A DNA stretch of 64,000 bases from an uncultured delta proteobacterium (GCA_963755125.1 CAVWIP010000017.1:128001-192000), one strand, 5' to 3'. Positions 39,737 to 48,348 are shown, numbered from the stretch's first letter. A program made the numbers and translations. Notes: a model not told the origin generated them from the letters alone.

Positions 39737-39889
39737 ATGGCATGGCATATCCGCAATAAGCCAGGCTCTGGCCCGCCCAAGCCTCCGCAGCCCCCGAAAC
39801 CTCCGAAGCCGCCCCAACCTCCGAAGCCGCCGCGGCCACCGCACTCGCCGGCCCCTCCCGGTAAAGAGTACTACTGGCGGGATGACTAA
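39737..39889 (+). CDS. 50-aa proline-rich small protein (below the ORF-track length cutoff)
   Basis: MAWHIRNKPGSGPPKPPQPPKPPKPPQPPKPPRPPHSPAPPGKEYYWRDD; TATGAT lies 8 nt before the ATG. Confidence 0.55.
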   Translation: MAWHIRNKPGSGPPKPPQPPKPPKPPQPPKPPRPPHSPAPPGKEYYWRDD

Positions 39890-39927
39890 TCTGTTCCGGT
39901 GTCGGTCAGGATGAAAGGCAGAGAGAA

Positions 39928-40626
39928 ATGGCACCAAGAAGGCGACAGAAGGCGGGAGACGACGACGGTGATGCTCAACAGGGCAAGCCCGCTTTCCCGT
40001 ATACAACCAAGCCAGGCACGCTGCGGAAGTTCTTGGACTTCGTCCCCAAGAAGCCAAGACCAACCAAGATCAATTTGGAGTATCTGAAGGGCCTGGGCTT
40101 TCGGGATTCGAACGACCAAACGATCATCAGGGTACTGAAGAGCCTTGGCTTGGTCGGGGAGAATAGCAACGAGCCAACTCCAGCCTATACGGAATTCATG
40201 AAGGAGGGGTCCGGGCCTGCCGCCCTCGGTAAGGCTATCAGGAAAGTATATGCGCCACTTTTCGAGCACTCCCACCAGCCCCACAAGGAGGCTGACGATG
40301 TGCTCAGGAACTACTTCAACATCAGTTCCGGCGGAAGCAAAGCCACGATGTCTTTGCAAATCCAGACATTCAAAGCGCTCTGTGACCATGCGGTCTTTGC
40401 CGGCACGAACGGCTCTCCCGCTGCGGGCCTGCCAATCGACGGCTCCTCAACGGAAAAGGAAGGTGGATCTGGTCGGGCTCCGACCAATGGCCCGGCAATT
40501 CATATTGATTTGCATATTCACCTCCCTGAGAACAAATCCAGCCGGGACTATGAGTACATTCTCCAGGACATTGCGAAGTATATCTACGGGCGAGACATCG
40601 GAGGTAGGAAGGATACCGATGGCTAG
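39928..40626 (+). CDS. DUF5343-like protein
   Basis: FPYTTKPGTLRKFL...YLKGLGF..SND..IIRVLKSLGLV...PT..Y and C-terminal IHIDLHIHLP pattern. Recognised by eye. Confidence 0.75.
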   Translation: MAPRRRQKAGDDDGDAQQGKPAFPYTTKPGTLRKFLDFVPKKPRPTKINLEYLKGLGFRDSNDQTIIRVLKSLGLVGENSNEPTPAYTEFMKEGSGPAALGKAIRKVYAPLFEHSHQPHKEADDVLRNYFNISSGGSKATMSLQIQTFKALCDHAVFAGTNGSPAAGLPIDGSSTEKEGGSGRAPTNGPAIHIDLHIHLPENKSSRDYEYILQDIAKYIYGRDIGGRKDTDG

Positions 40627-40884
40627 CGACGCCGCCAGGTTGTGCGACGCTGTCGCGCAGCTGAACGGCAAGTATGGGTCAAGGAAGTCGCTCTCGTCGC
40701 TTCCGGCCAGCGCGCAGCAAATTGTCGAAGCGCTTGGTCAGTTCATGGACTGCGTGCGATATCTCAATACCCGTCGGAGTGAGGCTGCGATCTTGAAGCT
40801 TGACTCGGAGGCCGCAGTTCAAGACGCTCTCTTTCTGATGCTGCGGCCCTGGATGGAGTTGACCCGATTTGGTGGACGGTTTCG

Positions 40885-41769
40885 TTACGCAGCTTTCTTA
40901 CCAGCTTTCTTCACTGAGTGCATCAGCTCAAATTCGATTGGGCTGTTGTAATTGAGCGCCGAATGACGGCGGCAAGGATTGTAGAAGCCTTCGATGTACT
41001 CGCCAATCGAGAGGTTAGCTGCCTCCCAGCTTTCGAGATCGTCGATGTCTTCCAACTCGCGCTTGAGGGTCGCGAAGAAACTCTCGGCCACGGCATTATC
41101 CCAGCAGTCTCCCTTCCGGCTCATGCTGCATTCTATGCTTCCGGCTTCCAAGGCTTTGCGGTAGTCGTCGCTCGCGTACGTGCTGCCTCGATCTGAGTGG
41201 TGAACCAGGCCGCTGCCGGGCTGGCGTTGGCACAAGGCCATGGCCAGTGCCGCGAGCGCGAGGTGGCGATCGACATTCCGACTGGTCGCCCAGCCGACAA
41301 CCCGCCTGGAAAACAGGTCGAGAATCACCGCGAGGTACAGCCAGCCTTGCTGCGTCCACAGAAACGTGATGTCAGTGACCCACGACTGGTTTGGACGAAG
41401 CGCGGTGAAGTTGCGCTCCAGCACATTCGGCGCGATGGGGAAGCTGTGCTTCGAGTCGGTGGTCGTGCGAAAACGATGACGACAGCGCGCCACCAGCTTG
41501 TTTTCGCGCATCAGCCTGGCCACCCGCTTGCAACCCACCCGATCCCCGGAAGCTTTGAGGTCGGCATGAACACGGGGACTGCCGTATCGTCGCCGGCTCC
41601 CGTGATGAATCGCGGCTATCCGCTCGGACAGATCCTGGTCACGGCGTGCGTGCAACGAGGCGGGCCGTCCCTGGCTGGCGTAGTAGCCACTGGGCGAAAC
41701 GGCCAAGACACGGCAGAGGACCGCGACGGGGAAGGCCACCTTCTCCTCGGAGATGAACGCAAACCTCAC
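40885..41769 (-). CDS. IS3 transposase OrfB (DDE)
   Basis: YGSPR, WVTDIT, HHSDRGS and NAVAESFF motifs. Confidence 0.93.
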   Translation of the reverse strand: MRFAFISEEKVAFPVAVLCRVLAVSPSGYYASQGRPASLHARRDQDLSERIAAIHHGSRRRYGSPRVHADLKASGDRVGCKRVARLMRENKLVARCRHRFRTTTDSKHSFPIAPNVLERNFTALRPNQSWVTDITFLWTQQGWLYLAVILDLFSRRVVGWATSRNVDRHLALAALAMALCQRQPGSGLVHHSDRGSTYASDDYRKALEAGSIECSMSRKGDCWDNAVAESFFATLKRELEDIDDLESWEAANLSIGEYIEGFYNPCRRHSALNYNSPIEFELMHSVKKAGKKAA

Positions 41770-42071
41770 GCGCTCTCCTTGGCGAAGAAGGTGGCCGCCC
41801 TTTTTAAAATCTCACGCTCCATGCGGAGGACTTTCACCTCGCGACGCAGATGCGAAAGTTCTTCCTTCTCGGCGGTCGTCAGGGCGCCAGCAGGGCCCTT
41901 GCCCTCGTCTACCCTCGACTGCCGATCCCACTGGTACACCAGGCTGCTTGCCACCCTGAAGTCCTTTGCTACCTGCGCGACGCTGCGTCCTGCACGGACG
42001 AGCGCCACCAAGTCTGCCTTGAACTCGCGCGTGTGCATGCGCCGGGATCGCTTCTTCTCTTTGTCCAACAT
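41766..42071 (-). CDS. IS3 transposase OrfA (HTH)
   Basis: REFKADLV...SVAQVAKDF...LRMEREILKRAATFFAKE; T TTA AAA AGG slippery stretch near the end; 4-nt overlap with orfB. Confidence 0.92.
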   Translation of the reverse strand: MLDKEKKRSRRMHTREFKADLVALVRAGRSVAQVAKDFRVASSLVYQWDRQSRVDEGKGPAGALTTAEKEELSHLRREVKVLRMEREILKRAATFFAKESA

Positions 42072-42459
42072 GTGGTCACCTTTCTACGCCCATTTTCCTG
42101 AGCGAGGGTGTCCACCAAACCGGGTCAAGTCCAGGATCACGGATCTGACGTGGGAGAATCCCACGGACAAGATCGCCGGAAGATTCGCAATCAAGGACTT
42201 CCTCTCCAAGTCCGCTCGGGTTGTCATTGAGGCGAAGTACGTCAGGGATGCTGCCCATGGCAAGAATCTGACGAAGGAACTGCACGACGACATTGAGAAC
42301 TATCGCAACCATTCACACTGTCGAGACCTAGTCTTCTTTGTGTACGATCCAGATGTCTTCATCCCGGATAGGCAGGCGCTTGAAAGGCAAATAGTTGTGA
42401 ACAGGGAGTACGACGGCGTTCCGTTGAGCTGTCACCTGGTTGTAAAACCGTGAAACGAC

Positions 42460-42525
42460 GCCGAACATGGCGATGAAGCTCTCGTAGGCGCTTGCGCGCC
42501 GCCGCTGAACGCCATACCGTTGGAC
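42460..42525 (+). other. attC site 1
   Basis: R'' GCCGAAC-ATGGCG...CGCCAT-ACC-R' GTTGGAC. R'' is complementary to the R' at 39662. Confidence 0.8.
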
Positions 42526-42543
42526 GGACGAAATCGAACTCAC

Positions 42544-43230
42544 ATGAAGACCACAGAGGGAGTCGCCGTAAATATGTTCTGTGCCGCCATCGTCAGCGGG
42601 TGTTTGGCGACACCGTCCGGCGTGCGAAAAGAGAGCGTCGATCCAGCGGCGAAGGCTGGCGGAACGACCGCGGGTCTTGCGATGCTGGCTGGCCAGCCCG
42701 ACTGGCTCTACCCTATAGCGGAATGCCCTGTCGATGCTTTTCCTACAACGCAGGTTCGGCTTGCTTTTCCGAGGGAAGCTTGCATTTCAAATCTGCTGAC
42801 GTGTGTTCAGCGGTGCCAGGAAGGCGAGCCGAGTGCTTGCTATGCTGCGGCACAGAGAACGGAGGATTTGAAAGCCGAGCCGGAGGCCGCACAGGCCCTC
42901 TTCCTTCGGGCCTGTCGTCTCGGCATCGCCTCCGGCTGCACCAATCGCGCCGCTGGTCTGGTCTTTCAGAAGCTTGACCGTGCGGACGTCTGGTCCTGTG
43001 CAAACCGGACGTTCAAAGCTATGTGTGACAGGGCCGATCCGTGGGCATGCACAATGTGGGGTTCGAGTCTCGCAAGAGGACGCGGAACCAGACAGGATCT
43101 GGACCAAGCCCTCAGAGTTCTGCCGAAGGGATGCGCATTGGGTGAGACGGACGAGGCCTGTATCTACGCCAGACGAACGATAAGAGAGATCGAAGCACTT
43201 CGGGGTGATTCGCGCGGTGCTAAACCATGA
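42544..43230 (+). CDS. Cassette gene: Cys-rich Sel1-like repeat protein, possible lipoprotein
   Basis: FLRACRLGIASGC, CDRADPWAC and GRGTRQDLDQA...KGCALG motifs; VSGC lipobox-like motif. Confidence 0.75.
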   Translation: MKTTEGVAVNMFCAAIVSGCLATPSGVRKESVDPAAKAGGTTAGLAMLAGQPDWLYPIAECPVDAFPTTQVRLAFPREACISNLLTCVQRCQEGEPSACYAAAQRTEDLKAEPEAAQALFLRACRLGIASGCTNRAAGLVFQKLDRADVWSCANRTFKAMCDRADPWACTMWGSSLARGRGTRQDLDQALRVLPKGCALGETDEACIYARRTIREIEALRGDSRGAKP

Positions 43231-43244
43231 TTCGCGGCAGCGCC

Positions 43245-43315
43245 GTCCAACATGGAGTTGCACCCGACGATCGGCCACGGACGGCCGCTCGCGGGTGAAC
43301 GCCAAGGCGTTCCAT
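43245..43315 (+). other. attC site 2
   Basis: R'' GTCCAAC (complementary to the preceding R' GTTGGAC), L'' GTTGCAC / L' GTGAAC with an extrahelical G, R' GTTCCAT. Confidence 0.85.
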
Positions 43316-43323
43316 GTGAGACA

Positions 43324-43736
43324 ATGTCGAGAACAAGGAATTTGGCGAAGACCTTGGCCGGGCGATAGCCGGCCTCTTGGTCTTGGCGGTTGCGCTGCAA
43401 GGGACCTTCGAGGTGGCGAGGCGATTCACAACAGGTCAAATCGCGCATGATGACGATCTCCTTATGGTCACGGCGCCCATCGGCGGCTTCGTGGGCCTCA
43501 TCGTCGGCGGATTCATCGCGGCGAGGATGGTGAGGTGGCTTCGCGCAAGTCTGAGCAAGCCGTGGCTTCTTCTCGTCGGGCCGGGTCCTTGGGCATGGCT
43601 GGCTTTGTTGATTCCCTGGAGAGCGTCGGAAGGTATCGCGACCGAGCAACTACCGAAGCAGCTGCTCCTCGGGTTGGTGATGATACTGGCTTCGTCGGCT
43701 GGCGCGCTGGCGGGGGCACGTGAAAGGTCTCGTTGA
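43324..43736 (+). CDS. Cassette gene: small multi-TM membrane protein, 5' end apparently damaged
   Basis: Hydrophobic ORF 43377-43736. ATG 43324 is out of frame by one base, and the in-frame ATG 43314 is followed immediately by TGA. Confidence 0.5.
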
Positions 43737-43765
43737 ACGTCTCCGTCGCTGCATTTCTTTGTGCT

Positions 43766-43870
43766 GCCCATAAAGCCATTGCAGCTGTCAATCCCGCCGC
43801 AGGGACATCGGTGTGGAATGGAGACGCCGACTCGGCGGCGGGCTTGCGGCTGAACGGCAAATCGTTCGGC
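43766..43870 (+). other. attC site 3 (variant R'')
   Basis: GCCCATA-AAGCC-ATTGCAGC...CCCGCCG...CGGCGGG...GCTGAAC-GGCAAATC-GTTCGGC. Confidence 0.75.
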
Positions 43871-43889
43871 GGACGCGAATCGGAGGAGG

Positions 43890-43927
43890 TTGACCCAAGG
43901 TCATACCTGGTTATACTGTAGGTATGA
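43890..43927 (+). promoter_or_regulatory. Toxin-antitoxin promoter with overlapping operator palindrome
   Basis: TTGACC-N16-TATACT; inverted repeat TCATACCT-N11-AGGTATGA spans the -10 box and the start codon; ATG lies 6 nt after the -10 box. Confidence 0.7.
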
Positions 43928-44160
43928 AGACCGCAGTTTCCATCCCAGACGAGATCTTTGAGCGGGCTGAGACCCTCGCGCACCGGGCGAAGCGCTCGAG
44001 GAGCGAGGTCTATTCGTGCGCACTCAGCGAATACGTGGCGCGCCACGCGCCGGACAGTGTAACCGAGGCGATGAATCGTGTTCTCGACGATGTGAAGGAG
44101 CCGGCCGATGGATTTGCATCGCGAACTGCCCGGCGGACACTGGAGCGTAGCGAGTGGTGA
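43924..44160 (+). CDS. RHH antitoxin (ChpI/MazE-like)
   Basis: MKTAVSIPDEIFERAE...SRSEVY..AL.EY; overlaps the toxin start. Confidence 0.88.
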   Translation: MKTAVSIPDEIFERAETLAHRAKRSRSEVYSCALSEYVARHAPDSVTEAMNRVLDDVKEPADGFASRTARRTLERSEW

Positions 44161-44501
44161 CGGTCTCCCAAGGAGAGGTGTGGTGGGCGGACCTTGGTGA
44201 ACCGCGCGGATCGAAACCAGGGTTTCGCCGACCGGTACTGGTCATACAAGGTGATGCTTTGAACCGGAGTCGAATCGCCACTGCCGTCTGTGTTGCCCTG
44301 ACGAGCAACGTGAAGTGGGCGTCGGCGCCGGGCAATGTCCTTCTTTCTGAGAGCGCGACAGGGCTTCCAAAGGAATCGGTGGCGAACGTCTCGCAGATTG
44401 TGACTCTCGACAAGTCCGAGTTGACTGCGCGAGTGGGCAAGCTGCCCAAGGCGAAACTGGAGCTTGTGCTATCCGGAGTGGATGTGGTTCTTGGACGGTA
44501 A
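44154..44501 (+). CDS. mazF: PemK/MazF-family endoribonuclease toxin
   Basis: QGEVWWADLGEPRGSKPGFRRPVLVIQ...N...ALTSN...GLPKESVANVSQIVTLDK. Confidence 0.9.
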   Translation: MVTVSQGEVWWADLGEPRGSKPGFRRPVLVIQGDALNRSRIATAVCVALTSNVKWASAPGNVLLSESATGLPKESVANVSQIVTLDKSELTARVGKLPKAKLELVLSGVDVVLGR

Positions 44502-44506
44502 GCCAC

Positions 44507-44577
44507 GGCCATAAAGCCGTTGCAGCTGACGGTCGGCCGCAGACGGCCGCTCGCCGCTGAACGGCAAGGCGTTCGGC
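44507..44577 (+). other. attC site 4 (variant R''), end of array
   Basis: GGCCATA-AAGCC-GTTGCAGC...GCTGAAC-GGCAAGGC-GTTCGGC; homologous to attC2 with compensating stem changes. Confidence 0.8.
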
Positions 44578-44635
44578 TATCTGTCGAGACCTGGGCATGA
44601 AGAGAGGCGCGAGCGGTCGCGCAAGATTGGCCGAG

Positions 44636-45736
44636 TCAATAGGCGAACCGGCGCACCGACACGTTCATCACCAGTCCCAGCGCCAGCATGACGGTGAGTG
44701 CGCTGGAACCACCGTAGCTGAGAAGGGGCAGGGTGACGCCCACCACCGGCAGAAGGCCGGTCACCATGCCGATGTTGACGGCCACCTGCCAGGTGAGCAT
44801 GGCGGCCACGCCCACGCACACCGTGATGCCGAATCGATCGCGGGCCTCGCGCCCGATCTTGATCACCCAAAGGGTCAACAGGGCATAGGCGAGAAGCACC
44901 ACCAGGCAACCCAGAAAGCCCCATTCCTCGGCCCACACCGCGAAGGGGAAATCCGTCCACAGCGCCGGCAACGAGCGCAGCCGGATCTGGGTCCCCTGCA
45001 GGAATCCCTTGCCCACCAGCCGTCCCGAACCCACGGCATTCATGGCCTGGCGCGGTTGCCACGCGGTGGCCGGGTCGAGCGCCGGGTTGATGAAGGCGAG
45101 GATGCGGTTGCGCTGATAATCGTGCAGGGCGTATTCCCACAAGGGCGTGGCGGCCAGCGCCACCACCAGGGCGATCCCGGCCATGGTTTTCAGGCGGAGG
45201 CGCGCGGTCAGCATGACGGTGGCGAAGATGAGCGCGAGGATGAGGGCAGTGCCCAGGTCGGGCTGCGCAGCGATGAGCAGGAAGGGCAGGCCGGCGAGGA
45301 AGATGGGCACCAGGATGTGGCGCAAGGTCCGCCCGTCGAGCGCAGGGGTCTCGTGTATGTACTTGGCCAGGGCGATGATGGTCAGCACCTTCATCAACTC
45401 CGATGGCTGCAGGTGAAAGGCGCCGAGATCGAACCAGCGCCGCGAGCCGCCCACCATCTTTCCGTGAATGAGCACCGTCACCAGCAGCGCGATGCCGACG
45501 CCGTAGAGCAGGTAGCCCATGCGCGCGATCACCCGGTAGTCGAAGCTGGCCACCGCAAGGAACAGCAGAGCGCCGACCGCGGCCCAGGAGAGCTGCTGCG
45601 CGAACAGGTGGAACTGCCGCTCGCGCACGGCGCTCCAAAGGTTGAGCAATCCCAGCGAAATGCACACCAGCGTGGCTGCAGTCAGCATCCAGTCGAAGCG
45701 AAAGCGCAGCTTGCGCCAGGAAACGACCCGGGCCAC
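44636..45736 (-). CDS. rodA: Rod shape-determining protein RodA
   Basis: GSRRW..LG...QPSELMK, QPDLGTA, TDFPFAVWAEEWG and LPLLSYGGS motifs. Confidence 0.95.
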   Translation of the reverse strand: MARVVSWRKLRFRFDWMLTAATLVCISLGLLNLWSAVRERQFHLFAQQLSWAAVGALLFLAVASFDYRVIARMGYLLYGVGIALLVTVLIHGKMVGGSRRWFDLGAFHLQPSELMKVLTIIALAKYIHETPALDGRTLRHILVPIFLAGLPFLLIAAQPDLGTALILALIFATVMLTARLRLKTMAGIALVVALAATPLWEYALHDYQRNRILAFINPALDPATAWQPRQAMNAVGSGRLVGKGFLQGTQIRLRSLPALWTDFPFAVWAEEWGFLGCLVVLLAYALLTLWVIKIGREARDRFGITVCVGVAAMLTWQVAVNIGMVTGLLPVVGVTLPLLSYGGSSALTVMLALGLVMNVSVRRFAY

Positions 45737-47784
45737 TAGCGGCTCTCCTTGCGGTTCGGGCCTGCTGGCAGCGCCGGGTCGTCGTTGGCAGGCGGGGTAG
45801 GCGAGGTCGGGTCGGGCAAGGGTGCCGGCCGTGTCTCTCCGACGGTGGACGGCAGGCGAGAGTCTCCCGCGGCCGGCCCGTGTCCCGCGTGGTGCGCCAG
45901 ACGCGGCGGTGACCGATCTTCGGGTGGCACCACGGTTTCGAAATAGCTGTCGACGATCTCCATGGCCACCGGCGCCGCCACCGAGCCGCCGTGTCCGCCG
46001 TGTTCGACGAAGACGGCGAAGGCAATGCGCGGCTTGGCGGCCGGAGCGTAGCCCACGAACCAAGCATGATCGACGCGCTCGTAGGGCAGGGGAGGATCAT
46101 CCTTGCCGACCCGCCCGCCCCGGTAGACCTGCGCGGTGCCGGTCTTGCCCGCCACCTCGATGTGGTGCGATCGCGCCTTGTAGGCGGTTCCCTTGGGATC
46201 GGAAACCACGCCGTACAGCCCGCTGCGGATGGTGGCCAGCGATTCGGCGGACACGGCCACGTCCCGGCGCACGCGCGGCGGAAACTCCTCGACCACCTTG
46301 CCGTCGGGCGATTCCACCCGTTCCACGATTTGCGGCAACCACAGCTTGCCACCGTTGGCGATGGCCGCGTAGGCGAGCGCCATCTGCAGCACGGTGACGC
46401 GCGTGGCGCCCTCGCCGATGGCGGTGTTGAGCGCGTGTCCGATCACGAAGCCTTCGCTCTTGCCGTCGGCGCTGGCCTGGGCGCGGTGCCATTCCTCGGT
46501 GGGCACGAAACCCGCCTGCTCGTTGTTGAGTCCCAGACCCGACGGTGCCCCCAGCCCGAATTCGTTGGCGAACTTGGCCAGCCGATTCATCATGCCTGGC
46601 CGCGCGCCCAGGTCGTAGAAGAAGACGTTGCAGCTCTGCACGATGGCGTCGTGTAGGTTGACCGCCTTGTGCACCTTGGTGCAGCGGAAGCGGCGCCGGC
46701 CCACCTGGATGTAGCCAGCGCAGCGTACCTTGTCCTCGAGTGTGATCAGCTTCTCTTCCAGTGCGGTGGAGGCGGTGATGACCTTGAATGTCGATCCCGG
46801 GTTGTAGGTGTCGGCCAGAGCTTTGTCACGGAAGGGGCGCAACCGGTCACTCAGGATGCGCGATACCGCTTCGGGCGAGAGGCCGCGCGACATCAAATTG
46901 GGGTCGAAGCTGGGCTTCGACGCGAGCGCCAGGATGCGGCCGGTCTCCACGTCGAGAAACACCGCCGCTGCCGCCCGCGAGCCGCGCAAGGCGCGCTCGA
47001 CGATGCGTTGCAGGTCCATGTCCAGGGTCAGCACCAGGTTGTTGCCTGGCACCGCAGCCTGACTGATGGGTCCGTCCACCAGATCGGCGATGCGCACGTC
47101 GGTGCGCCGCAGGCCGCGCCGGTTGACCACCATCCGTTCGAAGCCTTTCTGGCCGCGCAAATACGGCTCCCATTGCCGTTCGATACCGGTGCGCCCCACG
47201 GTGTCACCCGAGCGGTAGCCCTCGTCCTTGCGCGTGCGCAGTTCCTCGGCCGAGACCTCGTTCATGTAGCCGATGGCATGACTGGCCAGCGTGCCGAACG
47301 GGTAGTGACGGCGCCGAACCGAGACCACCTGGATGCCGGGCTTGTCGAGCGTGGTCTCAAGTTGGGCCATCACGTCGCGCTTGATGTCCTCGGCCACCAC
47401 CATGGTTCGGTCTTTGCCCTTCTCGGCCTCCTCTCGAATCGCCTCCCAGGTCGGCACGCCCTCCACGTCGGGACCGAGTAGCTCGCGCAAGCGCAGGTAG
47501 GCATCGTGGGTGAGCTGAGAGGGCAGCACCTGGACGTCGTAGGAGGGAACCATGGTGGCCAGCACGCGGCCCTTGTGGTCGCGGATCTGACCGCGAACCG
47601 CAGGCAGCACCACGGTGCGCACGATGCTATCGGCCGTCATGCGGTAGTAGCTGTCGCCCTCGACGATCTGAAGGTAGAAGAGCCGCGCCGCCAGACCGAG
47701 AAACGTCAGGGCGACCAGCACGGACAGGTAGCGGGCCCGGTGCCGGATCTCAGGAAGTTCGGCGTCTTGTCCCGCGATATCCAT
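45736..47784 (-). CDS. mrdA: Penicillin-binding protein 2
   Basis: RGQIRD, PGSTFK (SxxK), SCN (SxN) and GKTGTAQ motifs; located in the mre operon. Confidence 0.95.
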   Translation of the reverse strand: MDIAGQDAELPEIRHRARYLSVLVALTFLGLAARLFYLQIVEGDSYYRMTADSIVRTVVLPAVRGQIRDHKGRVLATMVPSYDVQVLPSQLTHDAYLRLRELLGPDVEGVPTWEAIREEAEKGKDRTMVVAEDIKRDVMAQLETTLDKPGIQVVSVRRRHYPFGTLASHAIGYMNEVSAEELRTRKDEGYRSGDTVGRTGIERQWEPYLRGQKGFERMVVNRRGLRRTDVRIADLVDGPISQAAVPGNNLVLTLDMDLQRIVERALRGSRAAAAVFLDVETGRILALASKPSFDPNLMSRGLSPEAVSRILSDRLRPFRDKALADTYNPGSTFKVITASTALEEKLITLEDKVRCAGYIQVGRRRFRCTKVHKAVNLHDAIVQSCNVFFYDLGARPGMMNRLAKFANEFGLGAPSGLGLNNEQAGFVPTEEWHRAQASADGKSEGFVIGHALNTAIGEGATRVTVLQMALAYAAIANGGKLWLPQIVERVESPDGKVVEEFPPRVRRDVAVSAESLATIRSGLYGVVSDPKGTAYKARSHHIEVAGKTGTAQVYRGGRVGKDDPPLPYERVDHAWFVGYAPAAKPRIAFAVFVEHGGHGGSVAAPVAMEIVDSYFETVVPPEDRSPPRLAHHAGHGPAAGDSRLPSTVGETRPAPLPDPTSPTPPANDDPALPAGPNRKESR

Positions 47785-47793
47785 GGGTGAGAA

Positions 47794-48348
47794 CTAGCGG
47801 GGCGGCAGTCCCGAGCCCAGCGCGCGCGCACGCCGGCGCGACAACCCGACCCGCAGGAGCGCGGGATCGAGACGGCCATCGAGACGACTCAGCAGCCAGA
47901 GCACGGGCGGACCAAACACCGCCGTGAGCAGGGCCTCGATCGGTGCCATGCGAAGGCCGCCGTAGCCGGTTTCCGGGCTGACCTGGGCCCTGACCACGAC
48001 GATGAGCAAGGCAGAAAGCAGGCTGGCCACGAAGGCCGCTGACGCCTTGAGCACCACGCCTCGGACCGCGAGGCGCGAGGCCAGGGCGCGGGCAAAGAGC
48101 GCCATCACCAGAAACACGAAAGCGTGGACCCCGCGTGGCGCGCCGGACACGAGGTCGAACAGGTAGCCGAGTGACAGCCCAACCAGCGCGGCCGAGCCCG
48201 GTGCCCACTTGAGCGGCGACAGGCCGATGTAGAGCACGGTGAGCAGGCCCAGGGTCGGTGTCACCAGGTGCACCGGCGCGAACTCCATCACCGTGGACTG
48301 CAGGAGCAGGAGCAAGAGGCCGACGATCAAAGTGGCGACGGAACGCAC
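47794..48348 (-). CDS. mreD: Rod shape-determining protein MreD
   Basis: Hydrophobic protein with GYLFDLVSG; lies between mreC and mrdA. Confidence 0.8.
   Translation of the reverse strand: MRSVATLIVGLLLLLLQSTVMEFAPVHLVTPTLGLLTVLYIGLSPLKWAPGSAALVGLSLGYLFDLVSGAPRGVHAFVFLVMALFARALASRLAVRGVVLKASAAFVASLLSALLIVVVRAQVSPETGYGGLRMAPIEALLTAVFGPPVLWLLSRLDGRLDPALLRVGLSRRRARALGSGLPPR

Larger units (their letters stand above)
40854..42133 (-). mobile_element. Complete IS3-family insertion sequence (1280 bp)
   Basis: TG...CA ends; 24-bp terminal IRs (TGGAGTTGACCCGATTTGGTGGAC vs TGGACTTGACCCGGTTTGGTGGAC); 3-bp GGA target duplication at 40851-40853 and 42134-42136. Confidence 0.95.
40619..42453 (+). pseudogene. 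PD-(D/E)XK nuclease (REase DpnII/MboI-like), interrupted by IS3
   Basis: Removing the IS and one GGA rejoins 40619-40853 and 42137-42453 into a 183-aa ORF: SEAAVQDALFLMLRPW|ITDLTWENP...IKDFL...VVIEAKYVR...ELHDDIENY...CRDLVFFVYDP. Confidence 0.8.
39168..44577 (+). mobile_element. Degraded chromosomal integron: intI remnant plus 5 attC sites and 4 cassettes
   Basis: intI fragment, attC hairpins between co-oriented genes, visibly less GC-rich cassette DNA. Confidence 0.85.

Noticed and set aside
39159..39914. 251-aa ORF as a full integrase
   Set aside because: Similarity ends near 39540. The remainder is read-through across attC0 with no recognisable catalytic domain.
40250..42453. ORFs 40250-40951 and 41197-42453 as independent genes
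   Set aside because: They are the two halves of the nuclease gene extended by overlapping or IS-antisense sequence.
39928..42453. Classical type II restriction-modification system
   Set aside because: There is no methyltransferase gene or motif in the cassette.
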